64,000 nt of DNA from an uncultured Desulfospira sp. (GTDB lineage: Bacteria; Desulfobacterota; Desulfobacteria; Desulfobacterales; Desulfobacteraceae). Positions 26,805-34,934 of the stretch are shown here, in pieces; position 1 is the stretch's first letter; every line of letters starts with the position of its first letter. A model generated the notes under the pieces. It ran no database searches. It was not told the DNA's origin and saw only the letters and a list, made by a program, of their open reading frames with translations. Where the stretch lies: NCBI GenBank assembly GCA_963663165.1, contig OY760175.1:3360001-3424000 (forward strand), given 5' to 3'. The position numbers and the translations under genes are program-made.

Positions 26805-28196
26805 CTACAGCACAAGCTCTGTGACAAAGTCTGCCAGGTGGTTTAAATTCATGCAGGTCCGGACCTCGTGGCAGTGCTGCTTATAGGTGTGGATTTCACT
26901 GTCCCCGGTGCCCCATAAATGGCCGGGTTCCGGGGTCAGCCAGATGATTCTGCGGCATTTTTCCCGGATCTTCTCCAGGATATGGGCCTGGGGATTATGC
27001 CAGTTGGACCGGCCATCCCCCAACACAATCAGGGTGGTTTTCATGGTCAGTTCAGATCCGTAATCCCGGTAAAAATCATGGAATACCGCCCCGTAATCGG
27101 TTCTTTCATTCAGGTTGATCCCCGGATTTTCAAACACCCGGGCCACGGCCCGGTCAATATCATTATCCTTAAACATTGCGGAAACCTCGGCAAGGCCCGC
27201 CACAAACACAAAACTTTTGATTTTGGAAAAACAGTCCTCTAAGGCGTAAAGCACCTGGAGCATGAACCTTGCCGTGGACCAGACCGATCCGGATATATCA
27301 CACAGCGCGACAATCCGGGCCTTGGACGGGGGCCTTTTTTTATAACAGATCTCAAGGGGGACCCCCTGGAACCGGTTGGCCCGTCGAAGGGTCTTTTTGA
27401 TATCAATGCCGCCCCGGTTCCGGTTTTTATATTTTAAGCCGGCCTTGTCCTTAAGCTTTTTGACCAGCCGGTCCATCAATGCCCGGGCCTGGTCCAGCTC
27501 ATTTCCGCTCAGGCCGGAAAAGGGTGTGCCGCTGATGTTGTTCAAGTTGGCCAGATCCCCTGTATCCTGTTTTAAGGCATGGTTCAAGGTGACCGGTTCC
27601 CGGGACAAGAGGCTTGCGGCCCGGTCAAGCCGGCCCAGGGCCTGCCCCTTTGCCTGGCGGATTACGGCGGCCTCGGCATCCGGCTCACCGGATTGAAATT
27701 GAAGGATCCGTTTGCGAAATTGGTTGATCATGAGCATGACCCCAAGCTTGGCCGAAAGCTGCCCTAGATTGGATTTAAAGCATCTGGCCTGCTTTTCCTC
27801 CCGGGTATGAATGTCCTGAACAAGGGCCAGTAACGGCTGGGGATCACCCTTGAGAAAATCCAGAAGATCCCGGGCCAGACTCTCCTCCACGGCCTGATCT
27901 GCCTCAGCTTCCAGTGCCTGGATCATTTGCCGGGCGCTCTGCCCTTCCAGCCCCGAGCCATCAGGGCCTACCCCGAAGGCTTGGTCCTGGAAGAAAAAAA
28001 TCCGGTAAACTTTTTCAAACCGGTCCCGGTGGCGAATGGCTTTCACAAAATGGGCCTGGACAACCCGCTTAAAGACGGCTTCATCCCGGACCTGAAGGCA
28101 GTCAAGGCTTTGGGCACAATCTACCACCTCGCCTGGGGAGACCATCAGGCCAAAGGAACGGCAGCAGGCGGCAAATTTGACCAGGCTGGTCAGCAC
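26805..28196 (-). CDS. CoxE-like VWA-domain protein
   Basis: IDIKKTLRR, LCDISGSV MIDAS, TDYG, LGDGRSN, IIWL.PE. Confidence 0.9.
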   Translation of the reverse strand: MLTSLVKFAACCRSFGLMVSPGEVVDCAQSLDCLQVRDEAVFKRVVQAHFVKAIRHRDRFEKVYRIFFFQDQAFGVGPDGSGLEGQSARQMIQALEAEADQAVEESLARDLLDFLKGDPQPLLALVQDIHTREEKQARCFKSNLGQLSAKLGVMLMINQFRKRILQFQSGEPDAEAAVIRQAKGQALGRLDRAASLLSREPVTLNHALKQDTGDLANLNNISGTPFSGLSGNELDQARALMDRLVKKLKDKAGLKYKNRNRGGIDIKKTLRRANRFQGVPLEICYKKRPPSKARIVALCDISGSVWSTARFMLQVLYALEDCFSKIKSFVFVAGLAEVSAMFKDNDIDRAVARVFENPGINLNERTDYGAVFHDFYRDYGSELTMKTTLIVLGDGRSNWHNPQAHILEKIREKCRRIIWLTPEPGHLWGTGDSEIHTYKQHCHEVRTCMNLNHLADFVTELVL

Positions 28197-29122
28197 GGAT
28201 CCGGGTCCCGGCTGTCCTTTAAAAGCCGTTCCAGATTCTGCCGGACCGCTTTTAAATCAGACTGGTATTTTAAAACCAGGTTCAGGGTCTGGCCCGCAGT
28301 TTCGGCGGTCAGCTCGGTGACCTCCAAGGCGGCCAGGGCCTGTGCCCAGTCAATGGTTTCAGAAATGCAGGGTTGTTTTTTAAGGTCCATTTCCCGGATC
28401 CGGTGCATGGTGTCCACCAGCTGGTCCAGAAGCCGTAAATCAATACCCGGCAGCCGGGTTTTGACGATCTGCTTTTCCCTTACAGCCGGGGGATAGTCAA
28501 TATAAAGGTGGATGCACCGTCGTTTTAAGGCATCGCTCATGTCCCGGTAGTTGTTGGAGGTTAAAAATACCAGGGGAACCGTCACCGGGCGGCGGGTCCC
28601 GATTTCAGGGATGGTCACGGTAAAATCACTGAGCAGTTCCAACAAAAAGGCCTCAAATTTTGGGTCTGACTTATCCACCTCGTCCACGAGCAGCACCACG
28701 GGATCAGGGGACAGGATGGCCTTTAACAAAGGGCGGGGCTGGATAAACCGCTCTGAGAAAAATGCATCTTCCTGGGCTGCGATCCGTTCCACGGCGCTGG
28801 GCAGGTCCTGGGCACCCTCAATCACCGTGTTAATCCGCTCTTTGACCATCTGGGTATAGAGCAGCTGTTTGGCATATTCCCATTCATAAAGGGCTTTGGC
28901 CTCATCCAGCCCTTCGTAGCACTGAAGCCTTACCAGCTGACGGTCAAGGCACTGGGCCACGGCCTTGGCCAGCTGGGTCTTTCCCACCCCGGCAGGCCCC
29001 TCCACCAGGACGGGCTTCTGGGTGGCCAGGGCCAGGAACACCACGGTGGAAATTTCCCTGGACGGGATATACCGGGCCGCGGCCAGCTGTTTTTCCACAT
29101 CTTCAACACTTTTAAATCCCAT
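28190..29122 (-). CDS. MoxR/CoxD-family AAA+ ATPase
   Basis: EGPAGVGKT, RLQCYEGLD, LLVDEVDK, LTSN..R.MSDALKRRC. Confidence 0.93.
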   Translation of the reverse strand: MGFKSVEDVEKQLAAARYIPSREISTVVFLALATQKPVLVEGPAGVGKTQLAKAVAQCLDRQLVRLQCYEGLDEAKALYEWEYAKQLLYTQMVKERINTVIEGAQDLPSAVERIAAQEDAFFSERFIQPRPLLKAILSPDPVVLLVDEVDKSDPKFEAFLLELLSDFTVTIPEIGTRRPVTVPLVFLTSNNYRDMSDALKRRCIHLYIDYPPAVREKQIVKTRLPGIDLRLLDQLVDTMHRIREMDLKKQPCISETIDWAQALAALEVTELTAETAGQTLNLVLKYQSDLKAVRQNLERLLKDSRDPDPC

Positions 29123-29321
29123 TTGCCCTCCTTGGTGTCCGCCGTGACAACCATAACCGGTTTTTTGATAAATTTAGGTACCATGCCATGGGGATTTTCA
29201 CAAGGGCCGGCGCCGGACAGGGCAACCGCGTTTGCACTCCGGTATGGGAATTGGATACCGTTTGTAAACTCAATGTATAATCAAGAAACAAGAGACTGGA
29301 AACAAGAAAGAAGCCGAAGCC

Positions 29322-29508
29322 CCTCTGTGTAGTTTGGCGAAAGCCAAACCTCGGTGTCCTCTGTGGTTTAAAAACATAAACTCCCGAAGGGGTTGAATTG
29401 TTCTTCTTTAGCCTTCTGGTTTTTATAAATTGTGGGCTTCGCCCACTCTTTAGATTTAACCACAGAGAGGCACAGAGAAACACTTTAGTTTCAGTGCTGC
29501 GCACTGAA
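29322..29508 (-). repeat. Repeat family A, copy 2 (187 bp)
   Basis: Reverse complement aligns end to end with 618-804. Confidence 0.9.
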
Positions 29509-29574
29509 ATTTTATTCGCCAAAGTTTACATAACAGGCTTGTCAATTCGATGTTCTAAATTCTCGGGGTTACCC

Positions 29575-29606
29575 CTCCGGTCTGTGGTCTCCGGTTTCCG
29601 GTCTCC
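29575..29606. repeat. Heptamer tandem repeat (TCTCCGG-like)
   Basis: ctccgg tctgtgg tctccgg tttccgg tctcc. Confidence 0.55.
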
Positions 29607-29608
29607 AT

Positions 29609-30265
29609 TCAATTTTGATGAAGCTGCGGCAGCATCAGCTGTTCAAGGTTTTGGCGCTGGGCCTCGAAATCATGTTCCTCTTCCGGGGTAAGATGGATGG
29701 GATCTGAGAAATAAAGCCGGACCCGGGCAAAGGGTTTGGGCAGCATGAACCGGTCCCAGGAATTGAAAAACCAGGCCTTATCCGCATGGGTGAAGAAAGG
29801 CACCAGCACAGAACCGGTCTCCAGCCCCATTTTGATGATGCCGGGCTTGACTTTGCCAATGGGGCCGGTGGGGCCGTCCAGAATATGGGCCCCAAACCCG
29901 TGGGCGGTGAGATGGGCAATCATTTCCCCCATAGCCTCTTTGCCGCCCCTTGAGGAAGAGCCCCTTGGGGTATGCCATCCGGTCCGGTTGGCGACCCCGG
30001 CAATCAGATCCCCGTCCCGGCTCCTTGAAATCATCAATCCCGGATGATACCGGGCATAGGTTTTAAAATGGCGGATGGCGGAAAAAAACTGCTGATGCCA
30101 GGTCACCAGAATAACGGACTGCTTTTTATTGAGCAGCGCCTTCCAGGTCTTTTCATTTTCAACCGTCAGTCTGAAGGTCGCCGAATAAGTACGGATCAAA
30201 TAATAGGCAAAACAGATGAAGGGCCGGGTGTAGATAATGAACTTCAGGCGCTTGAATATTTTCAA
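29609..30265 (-). CDS. DUF374 / lysophospholipid acyltransferase-family protein
   Basis: WHQ, MIS.S.DG, RGSSSRGG, DGP.GP, SWDRF.LPKPF. TTG start at 30265 with RBS AAGGGA; the longer ORF runs through repeat B. Confidence 0.85.
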   Translation of the reverse strand: MKIFKRLKFIIYTRPFICFAYYLIRTYSATFRLTVENEKTWKALLNKKQSVILVTWHQQFFSAIRHFKTYARYHPGLMISRSRDGDLIAGVANRTGWHTPRGSSSRGGKEAMGEMIAHLTAHGFGAHILDGPTGPIGKVKPGIIKMGLETGSVLVPFFTHADKAWFFNSWDRFMLPKPFARVRLYFSDPIHLTPEEEHDFEAQRQNLEQLMLPQLHQN

Positions 30266-30276
30266 AATAAATTCCC

Positions 30277-30371
30277 TTTTATATGAAAGCATCACTAACA
30301 TCCTGATAAGACTTTCATTATTCGTTGTGGGCGGTTCTTGGTTGGATAACCAAGGCGGCCCGTGGCCGTTA
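30277..30371 (+). repeat. Repeat family B copy
   Basis: ttttatatgaaagcatcactaacatcctgataagactttcattattcgttgtgggcggttcttggttggataaccaaggcggcccgtggccgtta. Confidence 0.9.
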
Positions 30372-30477
30372 GTTGGTAAAGCTCGGACTCTATCAGACAT
30401 ATATTGATTATCCAACCCATATTTTAATATGATAAACGGCATGTATCATTTTTTAACAAACCAAATCGGGAGACAAC

Positions 30478-30786
30478 ATGACACAAATTTTTTCAGAGCC
30501 GGGAACCGGCCCCCATGAACTGATCAAGGAGACAATAGAAGATCCTGAATTAACCTTTCAGCAGGCAAAGGATGCCGCCAAAAAGCTCGCACTGACAAAA
30601 TGCAGCAACTGCATGATCCTTTCCTGGAAAAACGGCAAAACCGGGGAGTTTTATCCCAAACGCGAGTGCGGCACACAAAACAAGCCGGCCTGGATTTATT
30701 ATGCCGAAACAAGGGGGGCCAACCTGACCATTGATATTAATGACGGGGAATATATTTTTATGGTCCTGAAAATGGATGGCTTTTAA
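30478..30786 (+). CDS. AF1514-like small protein
   Basis: ILSW...TG..P..C..KP.W..YA..RGANL.I.IN pattern recalled from AF1514. Confidence 0.6.
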   Translation: MTQIFSEPGTGPHELIKETIEDPELTFQQAKDAAKKLALTKCSNCMILSWKNGKTGEFYPKRECGTQNKPAWIYYAETRGANLTIDINDGEYIFMVLKMDGF

Positions 30787-30924
30787 AGGGACTTGGCCAT
30801 GGCCCGGGGACCGGAAAATATTTCCCGGCAGCCATGGTAAAATTTGCTGTTTTCACCCGGGCTTTCAATTTGGGCGACACGACCAAAAGCCCATTGGGCG
30901 CGGGTATCCGGCAAACGGGGCAAC

Positions 30925-30940
30925 GGGTACGAAACTTGCT
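30925..30940 (+). promoter_or_regulatory. Candidate sigma-54 promoter
   Basis: GGGTACGAAACTTGCT, GG-N10-GC, about 80 bp upstream of ATG 31021. Confidence 0.5.
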
Positions 30941-31020
30941 GTAACCTGTTGGTGGACGATCAGTTGACAGAAGATCTATTTTAAGATCCGTTACTAACCC
31001 CATAAAAGGATAAACAGATC

Positions 31021-31671
31021 ATGACATCCATCATCAGCACCTACAACAGCCTTTATTCTTCAAGCTCATCAAATCTTTCAAGCCTGCTGTCAAGCGCCGC
31101 TGATTCCACCGACGATGACACCGCCACAACCACTACCAGCACCACGGATACTGTAACCATTTCAGCAGCAGCCTTAAGCGCTATTGACAGGGACGCCCTT
31201 GGCCTGCCTGCGACCGGGGCGTTGTCCCTGTCCGACTTTGAAACCGCCATAGCCGACCAGGAGGAAACCGTAAACACCCTTTTGGCGTCCGCCATGGAAG
31301 AACTTGGTATTGATGCCGGCCAGGAGGTCTCCCTGACCCTGGCCAGTGACGGCTCCATTGAAATTGAAAATACCTTTGACGGCAGTGATGAATTAGAAGA
31401 GGCACTAAACAGCAACAGTGATTTTACCGATGCCTTTACCGGATTGACGGCCAACACCGAAATCCTCAACTTCAAAGACTATCTTTTGAACAAATCCACG
31501 AGCCTTGCCGACTATATGGACAGTGACGAGAAGGTGGATCTGCTTTCCCTGGCCGCCAAAAGCGACTTGATCAAATCCGCCGGCACCTCCCTGTCAGCCC
31601 TGTGGAGCATGAGCCGCTCGGAAACGGAATACACGTATACCTACGAATACAGCGGATCACAAACCACTTAA
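31021..31671 (+). CDS. Ser/Thr-rich acidic hypothetical protein
   Basis: RBS AAGGA; low-complexity N-terminus with a DTVTIS motif; no Sec signal. Confidence 0.75.
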   Translation: MTSIISTYNSLYSSSSSNLSSLLSSAADSTDDDTATTTTSTTDTVTISAAALSAIDRDALGLPATGALSLSDFETAIADQEETVNTLLASAMEELGIDAGQEVSLTLASDGSIEIENTFDGSDELEEALNSNSDFTDAFTGLTANTEILNFKDYLLNKSTSLADYMDSDEKVDLLSLAAKSDLIKSAGTSLSALWSMSRSETEYTYTYEYSGSQTT

Positions 31672-31758
31672 TCTCACCGGACATTGATTCCCATCCGATT
31701 TTTTTAAAGCAAAATATTGTCTGCCGCCATGTTTTGTTTTATAGGTGGCATAAAGGCT

Positions 31759-32661
31759 ATGAAAAGAATCGGATTTCATAATTTGCGGACCTGTTCCGAC
31801 GGTCCCATGGGACGGCCGGGGGCCTCGGTTTCGGGGACCATCATGGCCAGTTTCGAATTTGAGCGGGAAATCGAATTTTTGTTCCCCTATATCAATGCCA
31901 TGGCCCGGCACTGTGAGTTTCACAAACATTTCCGGCTTCTCAGGTTTAAATTTGAAGGGTCCCACTGTGTTCTGTATCCTAAAAAGTGCATTATTTCCCC
32001 TCTCCGGGACCAGGAACATGCCCGGACCTTTGTTGACAACCTCATGGGGTTTCTCAATGACATCCTGGAAAAAAAAGATGAAATCCCCCCTAAGTCCAGA
32101 CATTTTGAACAGGTGCCGGTCACCGAGATCATTAAAATCCTGCCCGGGACCAACTGCGGGGAATGCGGGCTGAAAACCTGCATGGCCTTCGCCGCCATGC
32201 TTTCCAAACAGCGGGTTCATCCCCGGGACTGCCCCTATATGGCACAGCCCGTCCGGGAACAGATTACCTATCCGGTGCTGGACAAACAGGGCCGGCAGCT
32301 TTCCCAGGTGACATTTCAGGTGGACCCGTCGCCCCCGTCCTTTGACGTTCCCCATACCCCTTTGGACAAAAAAGAGTCATCCCCCCATCCTGACCGGCCT
32401 GAGCCCCTTTCTGATGCCACTTCCTTGAAAAAGGGCCCTCCCGGCAATGTCCGGAACATGGCACTTCCCGATCCCTTGAGCCCAAGAGAATTAGAAGTGC
32501 TTTCCCACATGGGCCAGGGACTGACCAACCGGGAAATATCCGACGACCTCTGCATCAGCCCCCATACGGTCAAAACCCATGTGGTGAATATCTTTAACAA
32601 GTTAGGTGTCAACCACAGAACCCAGGCGGTAGTGTGGGCTGCCAGGCAGGGACTCATATAA
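31759..32661 (+). CDS. Putative Fe-S-binding domain fused to a LuxR HTH (one-component regulator)
   Basis: LPGTNCGECGLKTCMAFA...CP Fe-S motif plus LSPRELEVL..G.TNREI..L.IS..TVK.H..NIF.KLGV. Confidence 0.85.
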   Translation: MKRIGFHNLRTCSDGPMGRPGASVSGTIMASFEFEREIEFLFPYINAMARHCEFHKHFRLLRFKFEGSHCVLYPKKCIISPLRDQEHARTFVDNLMGFLNDILEKKDEIPPKSRHFEQVPVTEIIKILPGTNCGECGLKTCMAFAAMLSKQRVHPRDCPYMAQPVREQITYPVLDKQGRQLSQVTFQVDPSPPSFDVPHTPLDKKESSPHPDRPEPLSDATSLKKGPPGNVRNMALPDPLSPRELEVLSHMGQGLTNREISDDLCISPHTVKTHVVNIFNKLGVNHRTQAVVWAARQGLI

Positions 32662-32675
32662 TTTTTTTTGCCAAA

Positions 32676-32693
32676 ATCCCCTTTTTGGGGGAT
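32676..32693. promoter_or_regulatory. Candidate LuxR/NarL-type operator
   Basis: ATCCCC-TTTTTG-GGGGAT palindrome between the LuxR fusion and the DUF3786 gene. Confidence 0.45.
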
Positions 32694-32730
32694 GTGAATT
32701 ACACCCTGATATGGCAAATTACCTGTAATA

Positions 32731-32830
32731 TTTTTTATATGAAAGTCTCACTAACGTCCTGAGAAGACTTTCATTATTCGTTGTGGACCGGTTCTTGGTT
32801 GGATAACCAAAGGCGGTCCGTGACCGTTAT
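32731..32830 (+). repeat. Repeat family B copy
   Basis: Full-length match to the other copies, with a GGACC/GGTCC stem variant. Confidence 0.9.
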
Positions 32831-32858
32831 TGGACCCTAAAAAAGAAAAGGACCGGTT

Positions 32859-33668
32859 ATGTTTGCCAATGCAATGGAAGTATTCAAGCTTTTAGATAAA
32901 TCAAATTGTAAAAAATGTAATGAACCCACATGCCTTGCTTTTGCGTCCAAGGTGTTTTTAGGAAAAAAAACCCTGGACATGTGCCCGTCCATTGATCCTG
33001 AAATCCTTAAACAGCATGCCCCTGACCCAGGCCACGGTGCCAAGGATGACAATAAGGATAAATTTATGGCGGATCTGAAGTCACAGCTTGCCCAATGCGA
33101 TCTTGAACAGGCCGCCAAAAGGATCGGGGGAAGTTATAAAAACGGGCGGCTCACCCTGAAAATATTTGGAAAGCCCTTTTCTTTGGATAACCAGGGGAAA
33201 ATTTATACCGATATTCATACCATTCCCTGGCTGGTGATCCCGGTATTGTCTTATGTGCTTTATGCCAAAGGGGAACCCCTGACAGGGAAGTGGATGGCTT
33301 ACAGGGAAATTGAAAACGCAAGGGAAAAAAACGGATTATTTGTGCAGCGCACGGAAAAACCCTTGCAGAAAATTGCCGATGCCCACCCCGGGCTGTTTGA
33401 AGACCTGGCCATGATCTTTAACGGCAGGCAAACAGACAACCTGTATGATTCGGACATTTCCATGGTAATGACGCCCCTGCCCCTGGTCCCGTTTCTGATT
33501 TGCTACTGGAAACCTGAAGAAGGGATGGAATCAGACCTTCGTATCTTTTTTGACTCTACCGCCTCGGTCAATGCCGGGGCCGATGCCGTGTTCAACCTGG
33601 CCGCCGGGACCGTCCGGATGTTTGAAAAACTGACAGATACCCATGGGTGGGAAAAAGCGGATATCTAA
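32859..33668 (+). CDS. Fe-S domain + DUF3786 protein
   Basis: [18 protein letters not shown]...CP followed by a DUF3786-like [11 protein letters not shown] and PLP.VP..I.YW..EE..FD. Confidence 0.8.
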   Translation: MFANAMEVFKLLDKSNCKKCNEPTCLAFASKVFLGKKTLDMCPSIDPEILKQHAPDPGHGAKDDNKDKFMADLKSQLAQCDLEQAAKRIGGSYKNGRLTLKIFGKPFSLDNQGKIYTDIHTIPWLVIPVLSYVLYAKGEPLTGKWMAYREIENAREKNGLFVQRTEKPLQKIADAHPGLFEDLAMIFNGRQTDNLYDSDISMVMTPLPLVPFLICYWKPEEGMESDLRIFFDSTASVNAGADAVFNLAAGTVRMFEKLTDTHGWEKADI

Positions 33669-33814
33669 AAATAACCACATAGATTCAATGCATTATTTTT
33701 TTCCTTTCCTTGACAAGAAGCGTTTTTCTGTCCTAACTTGGGGGAGAAAAAACAAAAAGCGTGTAAGTTTTCGCGGTTCATTCATTCAAATTTGAAACAA
33801 AAAAGGAGAAAAAG

Positions 33815-34798
33815 ATGAAAAAGACTTTTGTTATGGCTCTGGCCCTGCTGGTTGGCATCAGCTTTATGGTAACCGCCACCCCGACCACTGCTCAGGCAAA
33901 ACTCACCTTTGTCACCATCGGTACCGGCGGCATTACCGGGGTTTACTACCCCACGGGCGGCGCCATCGCCAAAATGGTCAATGCAAAGAGAAAAGAGTAC
34001 GGGATCCGGGCCACCGTGGAATCCACCGGCGGATCGGTTTTCAACATCAATGCCATCATGGCCGGGGACTTAGAATTCGGTGTGACCCAGTCCGACCGCC
34101 AGTACCAGGCATGGGAAGGGATTGCCGACTGGAAGGATAAGGGTCCCCAAAAGGACCTTAGGGCCGTATTCTCCATTCATCCGGAAACCGTTGACCTCAT
34201 CGCTGCCGTGGATGCGGGGATTAACACCCTCCAGGACCTTAAAGGCAAACGGGTCAATGTGGGCAACGTGGGATCCGGGTACCGGAAAAACGCCATTGAC
34301 GCCCTGACCGCCAACGGCATTGATTTTGAAAAAGACTTTCATGCCGAAAGCCTTAAAGCCGCAGAAGCCCCCGGGCTGATCCAGGACAACCGGATTGATG
34401 CCGCATTTTATACGGTGGGCCATCCCAGCGGATACTACAAAGAGGCCACCTCCGGTACCCGGAAGGTGAAATTTATTCCCGTCACGGGCATTGACAGCCT
34501 GCTGGCCAAATATCCCTACTATGCCAAAGCCGTGACCCTGGTCACCCAGTATTATCCGGGTGCCGCCAACACAGAAGACGTGCCCACCTTTGGCGTGAAA
34601 GCCACCTTTGTCACATCGGCCAAAGTGGCGGACGATGTGGTTTACGCCATTGTCAAAGAAGTTTTTGATAATTTCGAGGATTTTAAGAAGCTTCATCCCG
34701 CCTATGCCGGCCTGACCAAAGAAAGTATGTTGGAAGGCCTGTCTGCACCATTTCATCCCGGCGCTTTGAAATACTATAAAGAAGTCGGGCTCAAGTAA
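33815..34798 (+). CDS. TAXI-family TRAP solute-binding protein
   Basis: IGTGG.TGVYYP.G, STGGSV.N, QSD, P.HPGA.KYYKE. Confidence 0.95.
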   Translation: MKKTFVMALALLVGISFMVTATPTTAQAKLTFVTIGTGGITGVYYPTGGAIAKMVNAKRKEYGIRATVESTGGSVFNINAIMAGDLEFGVTQSDRQYQAWEGIADWKDKGPQKDLRAVFSIHPETVDLIAAVDAGINTLQDLKGKRVNVGNVGSGYRKNAIDALTANGIDFEKDFHAESLKAAEAPGLIQDNRIDAAFYTVGHPSGYYKEATSGTRKVKFIPVTGIDSLLAKYPYYAKAVTLVTQYYPGAANTEDVPTFGVKATFVTSAKVADDVVYAIVKEVFDNFEDFKKLHPAYAGLTKESMLEGLSAPFHPGALKYYKEVGLK

Positions 34799-34818
34799 AT
34801 CTTTAGCGTGTTATATTG

Positions 34819-34853
34819 CGGGCAACGGCTCACCGGCAGCCGCTGCCCGTTTT
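34819..34853 (+). terminator. Stem-loop (terminator or mRNA stabiliser) after the TAXI gene
   Basis: cgggcaacggct / agccgctgcccg followed by tttt. Confidence 0.6.
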
Positions 34854-34934
34854 CATACAGTGCATTGGGAATGGCGCAGCCTTCCTGATGCCGGCAACCC
34901 TTATTTCACCTTTTGAGGATATGGGACCTGCATC

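Noticed and set aside
30860..30960. Possible c-di-GMP riboswitch (GGCAAAC)
   Set aside because: Lacks the GAAA-capped P2 and the GCAAAG/P3 elements of class I.
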